From: Candidatus Zixiibacteriota bacterium
Lineage (GTDB): Bacteria > Zixibacteria > MSB-5A5 > GN15 > FEB-12
Assembly (NCBI GenBank): GCA_020346225.1
Contig: CP070777.1
Coordinates: 2,764,736 to 2,828,735 of the forward strand
Reading direction: 5' to 3'
DNA: 64,000 nt
This document shows, piece after piece, positions 1 through 8,276 of this stretch (positions are counted from its first letter, which is position 1; every line of letters starts with the position of its first letter). A model generated the notes under the pieces. That model was not told where the DNA came from, made no database searches, and worked only from the letters and a program-made list of their open reading frames with translations. The translations under genes were made by a program, and so were the position numbers.

Positions 1-662
1 AGTCGCTGCCGGACGGTACCAGCGTATTCGAGCGCGTGCTGCCGGGTCCGGATCGCATGTACCCCGACACCGACTCGGCGCCCATTCCCATCGACGAAGC
101 GCTGATCGAGAAGAACCGGAAACTGCTGCCCGCCGAAGTCCACACGCAGCTTAAGCAGTTGCTCGAATGGGGCGTGCCGGAAGACACTTTCACTTACATT
201 CTGCGCAACAACCTCATGCCGACCCTGCGCCGTGTTGTCGATGAGTGCGGCTATGATCCCGTTTTCGTGGCGACCACCTTTGGCCACACCCTGAAGAATA
301 TCAGCGGCAAGGCCGCCGCGTCGGACGGTTTCACCTACAACAAGGTCTATGGTTTGTTCAAATGGGTCAAGGACCACGGTTTGCGGCAGGAGATAATCAG
401 GGAGATGCTTCCCGTGGTCTATGAGCATCCCAACATACTCTTCGATTCCGTCCTGTCTTCTATCGACTACCGGAAAAACAGCAAAGAGAAGATCCTTGCC
501 TATATACCCACGTTGAAAGAGAAGTTCCGTGGGCGAAAAGCCTCGACGAAACCGGATGCCTGTTCCCGGTGGATCATGGGACACCTGAGAAAGTATGCTC
601 TCGGCAACATGCCCCTGAGGGAGTTGCGCACGCTCGTCGACAAGGAGCTGACGGATGGCTGA
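1..662 (+). CDS. gatE: Glu-tRNA(Gln) amidotransferase subunit E (GatE), C-terminal part; the 5' end lies upstream of the window
   Basis: The frame is open from base 3 (SLPDGTSVFERVLPGPDRMYPDTD...). The RMYP(D/E)TD motif and tail domain resemble archaeal GatE. The stop (660-662) overlaps the gatD start (655). Confidence 0.75.
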   Translation, partial: SLPDGTSVFERVLPGPDRMYPDTDSAPIPIDEALIEKNRKLLPAEVHTQLKQLLEWGVPEDTFTYILRNNLMPTLRRVVDECGYDPVFVATTFGHTLKNISGKAAASDGFTYNKVYGLFKWVKDHGLRQEIIREMLPVVYEHPNILFDSVLSSIDYRKNSKEKILAYIPTLKEKFRGRKASTKPDACSRWIMGHLRKYALGNMPLRELRTLVDKELTDG

Positions 663-2037
663 TATATTCAAAGGTTACAAGGGAAGAGCTCTCGACCTGC
701 TGAAGTCTTACAATGTCAGGGTCTGGAGCCAGGCCGTGATTAAGACCACGCGCGGCGATTTCAAGGGCATAATCCTGCCGCGAAGTGAATTCGACGATGA
801 CCGCCATATAGTGCTGAAAATCGCATCCGGCTACAATGTCGGCATCGATGTTGACACCATTCTCGATATGATCGAGGAAGGTTACAAGGAGGCCCACTAC
901 AAAATCCCCGAGAAGGAATTTCCGTTCTCCGAAGACAAGCCCAATGTTAAACTGTTCGGCACCGGTGGTACCATAGCCTCGCGTCTCGACTATCGCACCG
1001 GCGCCGTCATTCCCGCTTTCTCTCCCGGCGAGCTTTACGGCGCCGTTCCGGAACTGGCCGACATCTGCAACCTCACCACCGAAAAGCTCTTCGCCGTTTT
1101 CAGCGAAAACATGGGCCCGCAACAGTATACCAAGCTGGCCGTTTCGATCGGCAAGGAGATAGAAAAGGGCATCGACGGCATCGTCATCGGTCACGGCACC
1201 GACACCATGCACCACACCGCCTCGGCTCTGGCTTTCATGATTCAGAAGCCGCCCGTGCCGATAGTCATGGTCGGCTCGCAGCGCTCCTCCGACCGGCCGT
1301 CGTCCGATGCCGCCCTCAACCTGATGCACGCCACCAAGGCCGCCGCCGAATCTGACATCGCCGAGGTTATGGTGTGTATGTTTGGCCCCACCTCCGACGA
1401 ATACGGCCTTCTGCACTCCGGCTGCCGGGTGCGCAAGATGCACTCATCCTATCGCTCGACTTTCCGCACCCTGGGCGATATCCCTCTGGCCATGATCGAT
1501 CGCGAAAAGATCACCCCCCTGCGCAGGAACTATAACCGTCGGCGCGGTGACAAGAATGTCACCATCCTGCCCTACTTCGAAGAGAAAGTTGCCCTGATAT
1601 ATTACTATCCCAACATGATGCCTGATATCATCGATGCCCTCGTCGACAACGGCTACAAAGGCATCGTCATAGCCGGTACCGGCTTGGGTCACGTCAACAA
1701 GCCGGTTTATCCTGCGGTGGAGCGGGCCACCAAAGCCGGCGTGGCCATCTTCATGACCGTCCAGACCCTGTGGGGTTTCGTGCATATGTTCGTTTACGAC
1801 ACAGGCCGCGACCTGATGAGCAAGGGGATCATCCCGGCCGAAAACATGCTACCCGAAGTTGCCTACGTCAAGCTCGGCTGGGCGCTGGGTCAGACCGGCG
1901 ACCTGGAAAAAGTCAAAGAGATAATGCTGACGCCGATCTGCGACGAAATCACCGAGCGCGAACCGTACAACGGCTACCTCGTCTTCCAGGGTGGCATTCC
2001 CGAAATCGAAGAATTCCTCAAACGTATCCACAAGTAG
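655..2037 (+). CDS. gatD: Glu-tRNA(Gln) amidotransferase subunit D (GatD), asparaginase-like
   Basis: 460 aa with a GatD-type N-terminal domain followed by asparaginase motifs FGTGGTIAS and HGTDTM. The start overlaps the gatE stop, suggesting translational coupling. Confidence 0.88.
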   Translation: MADIFKGYKGRALDLLKSYNVRVWSQAVIKTTRGDFKGIILPRSEFDDDRHIVLKIASGYNVGIDVDTILDMIEEGYKEAHYKIPEKEFPFSEDKPNVKLFGTGGTIASRLDYRTGAVIPAFSPGELYGAVPELADICNLTTEKLFAVFSENMGPQQYTKLAVSIGKEIEKGIDGIVIGHGTDTMHHTASALAFMIQKPPVPIVMVGSQRSSDRPSSDAALNLMHATKAAAESDIAEVMVCMFGPTSDEYGLLHSGCRVRKMHSSYRSTFRTLGDIPLAMIDREKITPLRRNYNRRRGDKNVTILPYFEEKVALIYYYPNMMPDIIDALVDNGYKGIVIAGTGLGHVNKPVYPAVERATKAGVAIFMTVQTLWGFVHMFVYDTGRDLMSKGIIPAENMLPEVAYVKLGWALGQTGDLEKVKEIMLTPICDEITEREPYNGYLVFQGGIPEIEEFLKRIHK

Positions 2038-2065
2038 ATTGGCGTTCTGAGCATGGGAGAGGCAG

Positions 2066-2803
2066 ATGCAAAGTAACCAGCTTCACAGCCACTCCTGGCG
2101 GGGCGACAAGCTCCGGGTCGAGATTCCCTACACCCGGGCCGGCGTGGCGCAACATGTTGTTATATCAGGTGGGCAGACCTGCATTCTGATTGACGCCGGC
2201 GATGGGGTCCTGCGTGACCTGCTGGCCGGTGACCTTAGCCCGCAGGATATCGACGCCGTGTTCTTCACGCACGGTCACTATGACCACATGGGCGGCCTGC
2301 ATACCCTGCTCGGCTTTATGCGCATGATCGGTCGAACCGAACCGTTGCTGCTGGGGGTACCGCCGCGATGCACCGAAGTCCTGGCCGCGGCGAGAACATT
2401 CATGGAATGCTACCCCGAAAGTATCCCGTTTCAGATAGAAGTGAACGAGTTGCCCCCGTCAGGGCAGGTGAATATCGGCGAGATGGAAGTAACGAGTTAC
2501 CCTGTGGTTCACTGCGGGAGTATTGTCGGGGCGGAAGTGCTCGACCCCATTCCGGCTGTCGGTTACCGGATCGGCTGCGGGGGGGAGACAGTGGCCGTTA
2601 CGGGCGATACCGGCATGTGTCCGCAGCTGGAAGATATTGTCCGCGATGCCGACCTGGCTGTCATCGAGGCCACCTATGAAAGCAGCGAAGGCCGAAGCAG
2701 GGAACTGCTCGAGAAGGTGCATCTATCCGAGGACCTCGCCCGGCCACTCGGTGATCTGGCCAAAGAGTATATTCTCGTTCACAAGGGGAGAAGACGCGGG
2801 TAA
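2066..2803 (+). CDS. MBL-fold metallo-hydrolase (RNase Z/beta-lactamase-like)
   Basis: Carries the HxHxDH motif (FFTHGHYDHMGG) and later His/Asp ligands. 245 aa. Confidence 0.8.
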   Translation: MQSNQLHSHSWRGDKLRVEIPYTRAGVAQHVVISGGQTCILIDAGDGVLRDLLAGDLSPQDIDAVFFTHGHYDHMGGLHTLLGFMRMIGRTEPLLLGVPPRCTEVLAAARTFMECYPESIPFQIEVNELPPSGQVNIGEMEVTSYPVVHCGSIVGAEVLDPIPAVGYRIGCGGETVAVTGDTGMCPQLEDIVRDADLAVIEATYESSEGRSRELLEKVHLSEDLARPLGDLAKEYILVHKGRRRG

Positions 2804-2816
2804 TCCGCAGCTTGCG

Positions 2817-3548
2817 TCAACGCCACGTGGCGGTAGTCGCGCCTCGCCGGATTGAGCCAAACAAATCGCTCAGGCGCGAGGCTGTGTCGATCGCCTGTTT
2901 CAGCCGCTCCGTCTCGATCGCCTCAAAACCGCCTCTTTGCCGCCGTGCCGCCCAGTCGAAGGCCGAGAAAACAATTACGTCGCCTTCGCCGCGCAAAAAT
3001 AATTGCAGCCCCACTCCGGCTATGCCGTGCCATACGTCTTCGGGAACTTCACTTCGGAGCCGATCGGGGTCTGTGGTTACCAGCGTGTACTTGTCCGCGA
3101 ATTCCCTGATGTGACTGAATTCGACATGCTCAAAGCCACCCTGTTTCAACGCGAGTTTCGTGAGCTGGCGGAAGATCCCGGAGAACATCGTTTTGGAGGC
3201 GAATCTCGCGGCCAGCCGAAAGGCCGGAAGGTCCAGTCCCCGCACCACCAGTACCGAACTCGGGGCGCCTGAATTGGATTTCTGACTGCTGGATATATGA
3301 CAATCGTACAGGACGCTCGAGCCCTGGTCCCGCTTGTACAGCCGGCTGACTCTGACTTTGTGTTTGCCGGTGCCGGCAATTGAGCTGATTCTTTCGAGCA
3401 GGTCCTGCTCCAGGTTGTCGACCGGGCTGAACCCCAGCCGCATTCTGACCTGTCGGATCATTTCCCTGCGGTTTCTTATGGTGCGAATCATCAGGGCGAC
3501 CATCCCCATTATTGCGAAAACCATCAGGGGAGCCAACCACGATTCCAT
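2817..3548 (-). CDS. Hypothetical membrane-anchored protein
   Basis: One N-terminal TM helix (WLAPLMVFAIMGMVALMI) and no recognisable motif. ATG at 3548 is preceded by GAGG; GTG at 3554 is an alternative start. Confidence 0.55.
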   Translation of the reverse strand: MESWLAPLMVFAIMGMVALMIRTIRNRREMIRQVRMRLGFSPVDNLEQDLLERISSIAGTGKHKVRVSRLYKRDQGSSVLYDCHISSSQKSNSGAPSSVLVVRGLDLPAFRLAARFASKTMFSGIFRQLTKLALKQGGFEHVEFSHIREFADKYTLVTTDPDRLRSEVPEDVWHGIAGVGLQLFLRGEGDVIVFSAFDWAARRQRGGFEAIETERLKQAIDTASRLSDLFGSIRRGATTATWR

Positions 3549-3584
3549 ATTCACCTCGCTCAGTTGGACGTATACTGATTAATC

Positions 3585-3881
3585 TCAACCTTTAGAGTGA
3601 TTATCGGACGTATGCGGGAATACTGAATCGGGGCTCCGGACTTTCCGAATTACGCCGTTGACACGTGGCTGACTACCCGCGTTGAACGTGCTGTCACGTG
3701 GCTCACTGCAACGGAAAACGGCCGTGGTGTTAATACCCCCTTTATCGGTCAGGTCCGTATGTCGGACATAAAAGGGATAATCTATCGTGATTTCGCCTCG
3801 TCCTGTAACCCGTAAGTCAATCCGGGATGGTGCGTTGTCTGCGTGACCCGCCATGAGCGTTCCCCTGTCTCCGGTCGTCAT
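3585..3881 (-). CDS. Small protein, probably a 5'-degraded paralog of the 6635-6970 lipoprotein
   Basis: Shares TIDYPFY(V/I)RHTDLTDKGGINTTAVF(R/C)CSE with ORF 6635-6970 (DNA about 85% identical over about 95 nt by eye). It has no signal peptide. The upstream in-frame sequence (SGSACGCQPNN) resembles the paralog's lipobox region but has no start codon. Confidence 0.4.
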   Translation of the reverse strand: MTTGDRGTLMAGHADNAPSRIDLRVTGRGEITIDYPFYVRHTDLTDKGGINTTAVFRCSEPRDSTFNAGSQPRVNGVIRKVRSPDSVFPHTSDNHSKG

Positions 3882-4149
3882 TGCAGAGCCCCGAAAATGT
3901 GTATCACTGAGACCATTATTCGGTTGACAGCCACAAGCTGAGCCGCTAGTTTTGAGTGGGATTGGAGTCTACTCCGACGTCTTTGTCAGCAGCACATTTT
4001 AATCCGGTGATTATATAGCTTACATTAAGCTCAATATCACGCAAATTAGTTTGGGGTGAACTGTAAGTAGCCCTGTCTTCGTGACTGCCGAACAGCGCAA
4101 CCGCTAGCGAGTGTGAGCCGCTCTCAGCAAAAGTAAAGGAGGCAATAAG

Positions 4150-6558
4150 ATGGTAAAAACGATGACCGCTGCAGTTCTTGTGCTGCTTGTCACCGGTGGG
4201 GCCCTGATGTCACAGCCTCTCTTTGACACCAGGCTTCCCCATCCCGTAGGCTATTCTGCCCAGGCCATTGTCTCAGACGACTTTGATGACCTCCCCTGGT
4301 TCGATGTCGCCGTTACTTGTTCTGAAACCGATGAGGTAATTGTTGTCCTCGGTACGAGCGACGGCCGCTTTTACAACAGCGGTACCTATGAGGTCGGTCT
4401 GGGGGGGACCGGGGTAAGCGACGAGCCCTGGGCCATCGCTGCGGCCGACCTCGATGGAATTAATGGTCCTGACCTGGCCGTGGCCAACCGGTCGGGACCG
4501 GGTTCCGCCAGCATCTCCATTCTATTTAACAACGGTGATGGCACGTTTGCCGATGCCGTCCACTATGCGGCCGGGTCCACCTGCGATTACGTTTCGATAA
4601 CATCGGCAGATGTCGATGGCCTTAACGGTATCGATCTTATCACCACGAATTCTTATGACAACACCGTTTGCGTGATGCTAAATGATGGATCCGGAAACTT
4701 CGGAACCGGGGTTACTTACTCCACCGGTAACTTTCCCGTGGCCGTCTGCGCCATTGACGTGTATGGCACTGGCCTTTCCGATCTGGCTGTGGTTAATGAA
4801 GCAGATGACAATGTGTTAATACTGAGCAACAACGGTGACGGTACTTTCTCGCCTGGCTCCTATTGCCCGGTTGGAGACTCTCCGCGGTCGATTGTCTCGC
4901 GCGACTTTGACGGTGATAACAGCCCCGATCTTGCTGTAGGCAACTACGGCTCTTCTCAGGTTTCCGTTCTGCTTAATGACGGTTCCGGTGTTTTCGGTGC
5001 TGCTGTCAACTACGACGTGCCGGTCGGACCAACTCATCAGTCGATTTGTGCCGGCCCACTTGACGGCGACGCCAGCCGTGACCTGGCCGTGCTTGGAAGT
5101 ACGGACAGTGTTTATGTTCTACTTAATTCCGGCGACGGCACTTTCGACGGCTACACGGCATATCCGGCCGGGGACTCAACGTATGCGGTGGTTGCCATGT
5201 ACTTCAACATGGACTTCTTTGAAGACCTGGTCGTATCAAGCATGTCCAACGCCCCTGGGGACTCGGGCTATGTTTCCGTCCTTCTGAACAAGGAAGACGA
5301 GGGCTTTCCCCTGCCGGCCGCCTATAGTGTCGGCGGTGATCCCAGTACCGTGATCGCAGTAGATCTCGACGGTTCCGACGGCCTCGATCTGGTGACGGCG
5401 AATCCAGGCTCCGACAACATATCGGCGCTTTATAATGACGGTGATGGAAACTACGACAACATCGTGAGCTATAGCGCCGGCGACGAGCCGCGCTCAGTGG
5501 CAGCCGGGGATTTCGATAGCGACAACGATTATGATGTTGCGGTAGCTAACTTTGGGTCGAAAACAGTTACCATATATGCTAATAACAGCGGATCACTTTC
5601 CCTTTCGGGGCAATTGGCTTTCTCTAATGAACCGATTGCGATCGAGTCTGCTGACTTTGATGATGACGGCGACGATGATCTGGCTGTGGTGTGTTCCCTG
5701 TCGAACCAGGTTTACGTCATGATTTGCGACGGTTCGCTCGGCTTTTATGACCCCATCAGCTATGGGACCGGTGCTGACCCGCGGGCCGTCCATTCCGCCG
5801 ATTTCGATGGCGTCAACGGTCCCGATCTGGCCGTGGCCAATTGGGGGAGCAACGATGTCTCGGTCTTTCTCAGCAACGGCGACGGGTCGTTCAGCACGGC
5901 CGGGAATTTTCCTGCGGGAAACAACCCCATATCTATCACCTCGGCTATGTTTGACGGGGACAACGATTATGACCTGGCGGTGGCTTCCGAGACGGATGAT
6001 TCCTGTGCCATACTCTGGAATGACGGTTACGGTAATTTCTCCACATGCTCTTTCTTCTCAGCCTTGTGGAGCGGTTATACCTGCGTTGCCGCCGCTGACG
6101 TTGATGGGTCTGACAGTCCTGACCTCATCCTGAGCCACCGGCCCCTTTCCGCTGTCACCGTGATGCTCAACGACGGGGCCGGCAACATGTCCGACGGCAG
6201 TGGCGCCCTTCATTTCGGAACCGGAATGCATCCCTCATGCGTCGTTGCTGCCGACGTAGATGGCGACACCGACGATGATCTGGTTACGGTTCATCCCGAG
6301 GAGTATCGGGTTTGTACCTTCCTCAATACGACTATCGAGCCATGCTGTGAGCTGCGCGGTGATGTCAACCATGACGGCCAAATCGATGTACTCGATGTCA
6401 CCCATCTGGTATTTTGGATTTTCAAGGCCGGCTCCCCGCCTCCCCCGTGTATGGACGAGGCAGACGTCGACGGCAACGATGTCGTAAACGTTCTCGATGC
6501 AATATACATGGTCGACTTCATCTTCAAGTTGGGTCCGCCGCCAGTTCCGTGCCCGTAA
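4150..6558 (+). CDS. Secreted FG-GAP/VCBS-repeat (beta-propeller) protein with a C-terminal dockerin-like domain
   Basis: AAGGAGG RBS 8 nt upstream and an N-terminal signal peptide. More than 10 repeats of the D.DGD...DL.V.N....V.VLLN.GDG.F type. The tail has two EF-hand-like segments (DVNHDGQIDVLDV, DVDGNDVVNVLDA). Confidence 0.85.
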   Translation: MVKTMTAAVLVLLVTGGALMSQPLFDTRLPHPVGYSAQAIVSDDFDDLPWFDVAVTCSETDEVIVVLGTSDGRFYNSGTYEVGLGGTGVSDEPWAIAAADLDGINGPDLAVANRSGPGSASISILFNNGDGTFADAVHYAAGSTCDYVSITSADVDGLNGIDLITTNSYDNTVCVMLNDGSGNFGTGVTYSTGNFPVAVCAIDVYGTGLSDLAVVNEADDNVLILSNNGDGTFSPGSYCPVGDSPRSIVSRDFDGDNSPDLAVGNYGSSQVSVLLNDGSGVFGAAVNYDVPVGPTHQSICAGPLDGDASRDLAVLGSTDSVYVLLNSGDGTFDGYTAYPAGDSTYAVVAMYFNMDFFEDLVVSSMSNAPGDSGYVSVLLNKEDEGFPLPAAYSVGGDPSTVIAVDLDGSDGLDLVTANPGSDNISALYNDGDGNYDNIVSYSAGDEPRSVAAGDFDSDNDYDVAVANFGSKTVTIYANNSGSLSLSGQLAFSNEPIAIESADFDDDGDDDLAVVCSLSNQVYVMICDGSLGFYDPISYGTGADPRAVHSADFDGVNGPDLAVANWGSNDVSVFLSNGDGSFSTAGNFPAGNNPISITSAMFDGDNDYDLAVASETDDSCAILWNDGYGNFSTCSFFSALWSGYTCVAAADVDGSDSPDLILSHRPLSAVTVMLNDGAGNMSDGSGALHFGTGMHPSCVVAADVDGDTDDDLVTVHPEEYRVCTFLNTTIEPCCELRGDVNHDGQIDVLDVTHLVFWIFKAGSPPPPCMDEADVDGNDVVNVLDAIYMVDFIFKLGPPPVPCP

Positions 6559-6582
6559 CCGAAGACCCAATGTGCAGAAGCA

Positions 6583-6614
6583 GGGCAGGACTCTCCGTAG
6601 TCCTGCCTTTTTTA
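6583..6614 (+). terminator. Rho-independent terminator of the FG-GAP gene
   Basis: 10-bp perfect stem AGGCAGGACT/AGTCCTGCCT (6583-6592 / 6599-6608) with a 6-nt loop, followed by TTTTTT. Confidence 0.85.
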
Positions 6615-6634
6615 TTGATGGGTTGGAGTCCCCT

Positions 6635-6970
6635 TCAAGACCGTGTCGCCCACTTTCTCGCCGTGGTTCGGATCTGACTACCTGTACTGGGTATGCTGTC
6701 GCGCTCCTCACTGCAGCAGAAAACAGCCGTGGTGTTGATCCCCCCTTTGTCGGTCAGATCGGTATGGCGGATATAAAAGGGATAATCTATAGTGGTTTCG
6801 CAGAACTCGACCAGCTCGCCGGTGCTGTACTCGCCCAGCGGGATGAAAAATGTCTTACATGGATCATCGTACTGCGGTGTTACTGCGTTGTCGGGAATGT
6901 TCTGGTCGCAACTGACCAGCGTCAAAAAAAGAGCGGTGGCGGCAAAAGCTGCGGTTCGTGTGGTGTCCAT
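6635..6970 (-). CDS. Small lipoprotein of unknown function
   Basis: Signal peptide with lipobox LTLVSC. AAAGGAA RBS. The C-terminal 60 aa are paralogous to ORF 3585-3881. Confidence 0.7.
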   Translation of the reverse strand: MDTTRTAAFAATALFLTLVSCDQNIPDNAVTPQYDDPCKTFFIPLGEYSTGELVEFCETTIDYPFYIRHTDLTDKGGINTTAVFCCSEERDSIPSTGSQIRTTARKWATRS

Positions 6971-7050
6971 CGTTCCTTTCGGCCCGGACCGGTCGAACGT
7001 TTCTCAAGAATCTCAACAAAACCTCCGGGCCCAAAGGTCCCGCCCCGAGG

Positions 7051-7097
7051 TAATAAATAAGGGCCAAGCCTGCGGGGAGGGGAAACAGACTTGGCCC
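7051..7097 (-). repeat. Terminator-like hairpin repeat with C-rich loop, copy 1
   Basis: Minus-strand RNA reads GGGCCAAGUCUG-UUUCCCCUCCCCG-CAGGCUUGGCCC followed by UUAUUUAUU. The single non-Watson-Crick pair is a U-G wobble on the minus strand only. Confidence 0.6.
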
Positions 7098-7259
7098 GTT
7101 CATAGGTGTCGGTCAAAGTAGAGACTACCTCAACCAACACCCGGAACTGGATATTCCCGAACCTTGGTAATTCGGAAACATATAACCTCACTAATACTAT
7201 ACGAAATTCTAATCCCGGCCGTAAGTCAAATCGAAAATTCCCGTCGGATTCTGAACAGG

Positions 7260-7302
7260 CAAAAAAGGGCCAAGCCTGCGGGGAGGGGAACAAGCTTGGC
7301 CC
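7260..7302 (-). repeat. Terminator-like hairpin repeat with C-rich loop, copy 2
   Basis: Minus-strand RNA reads GGGCCAAGCUUG-UUCCCCUCCCCG-CAGGCUUGGCCC followed by UUUUUU. Confidence 0.65.
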
Positions 7303-7507
7303 AGTCACAGATGTCGATCAAAGATGCAGTTAATTTTTGCTAACATAACATGATACGCGACCTGAGGGTTCCCCCGGTTGAGAAAATTTGTAAAAAATAA
7401 TCCATTTAATGCTCTTTTCCGATAAGTCCCGGCTGTCGAGCACTCGTCTGTTTCACAACATCTTAGGTATCTGTGGTGGCTTATGTAAGACGGTGGCGAC
7501 CCGGACC

Positions 7508-7551
7508 AAATAGAAACGGCCAGGCTCGAGGGGAGGGAAACGAGCCTGGCC
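7508..7551 (-). repeat. Terminator-like hairpin repeat with C-rich loop, copy 3 (likely terminator of gene 7650-8276)
   Basis: Minus-strand RNA reads GGCCAGGCUCG-UUUCCCUCCCCU-CGAGCCUGGCC followed by GUUUCUAUUU. The stem differs from copies 1 and 2 by compensatory changes while the loop is conserved. Confidence 0.6.
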
Positions 7552-7649
7552 TAACCAGAGTGTCAATCAGAACAGATGATCAAGCAAATTCTCAAACGCG
7601 CTTTGCAGTCAAAAGGTTCCCGCAAAGTGGCCCGGAATCGGGGGCCGGA

Positions 7650-8276
7650 TTATTTCTTCTTCTTGCCGGAGCCTTTCTTGCCGCCCTTGTCCTTCTTGGC
7701 CGGTTTGTCGGCCTCCTTTTTGGACTTCTCTTTCTTGATCTTGTCGGAAATCGCTATAAAGCTCTGTCCCTGCTCTCGCATGCGGACCACCTCGTCCGGA
7801 GACCAGCCGTAATGCTCCGAGACAAATTTGAGATTGACGAAATTTACGATATCAACATCAGTCAGCTTGATTGATTTCCACTGGTCCCGGTGACGGTTGC
7901 GAAAATGGCCGCAGGCCTTGCCGTAAGGCGGTCCGGAGACCTTCGCAATTTCGACATAGTAAATAGCCGCGCTGAGTTCGAAGTGGGTCGTGATTTCCAT
8001 CCAGGTGCGCCCGCCCAGTCGCAGGTCGACGATGACACTTGGCGCTACATTGGCATGCCGCGCAAGGAAAAAGACTACAGCCAGGTCGTCATCCGATATC
8101 TCCTTCTTCTTGACGACGATGATTTCTTTCTCCGGTACCCGGTAGTGGTCGCCGATAGCGAGATAGAAGCTGCTTACGCGGCCATCGGTGATGGAAAGAG
8201 CCGCCTCAACGCTCGCCTGCACTGCAGACGGCACCATGGCCAGAACAAGAACCATAATCAGCATGATCCGTTTCAT
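7650..8276 (-). CDS. Secreted hypothetical protein with a lysine-rich C-terminal tail
   Basis: AGGAGG lies 7 nt upstream of the ATG at 8276. Signal peptide MKRIMLIMVLVLAMVPSAVQA. Tail KKEKSKKEADKPAKKDKGGKKGSGKKKK. Confidence 0.65.
   Translation of the reverse strand: MKRIMLIMVLVLAMVPSAVQASVEAALSITDGRVSSFYLAIGDHYRVPEKEIIVVKKKEISDDDLAVVFFLARHANVAPSVIVDLRLGGRTWMEITTHFELSAAIYYVEIAKVSGPPYGKACGHFRNRHRDQWKSIKLTDVDIVNFVNLKFVSEHYGWSPDEVVRMREQGQSFIAISDKIKKEKSKKEADKPAKKDKGGKKGSGKKKK

Noticed and set aside
574-1785. Minus-strand ORFs of 289, 64 and 113 aa.
   Set aside because: They are antisense to gatE and gatD and have no RBS or motifs.
6864-7308. Minus-strand ORFs of 79 and 128 aa, both starting M(N/T)GPSLFP.
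   Set aside because: The shared N-terminus is simply the translation of the repeated hairpin. There is no RBS, and the rest is not conserved between the two. The region is better explained as RNA or terminator repeats.
7418-7445. An AAGTCCCGGC string resembling the RNase P RNA GGAAAGUCCGGGC motif.
   Set aside because: It is a single imperfect short match, without the flanking conserved P4 or CR-I/CR-V elements.
7061-7551. Reading the hairpin repeats on the plus strand as GGA-loop (CsrA/RsmA-titrating, CsrB-like) RNA.
   Set aside because: On the plus strand the stems of copies 1 and 2 contain a C-A mismatch, which is a U-G wobble on the minus strand. No U-tract follows the hairpins on the plus strand. 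Spacing of about 200 nt is also unlike the dense GGA repeats of CsrB-type RNAs.
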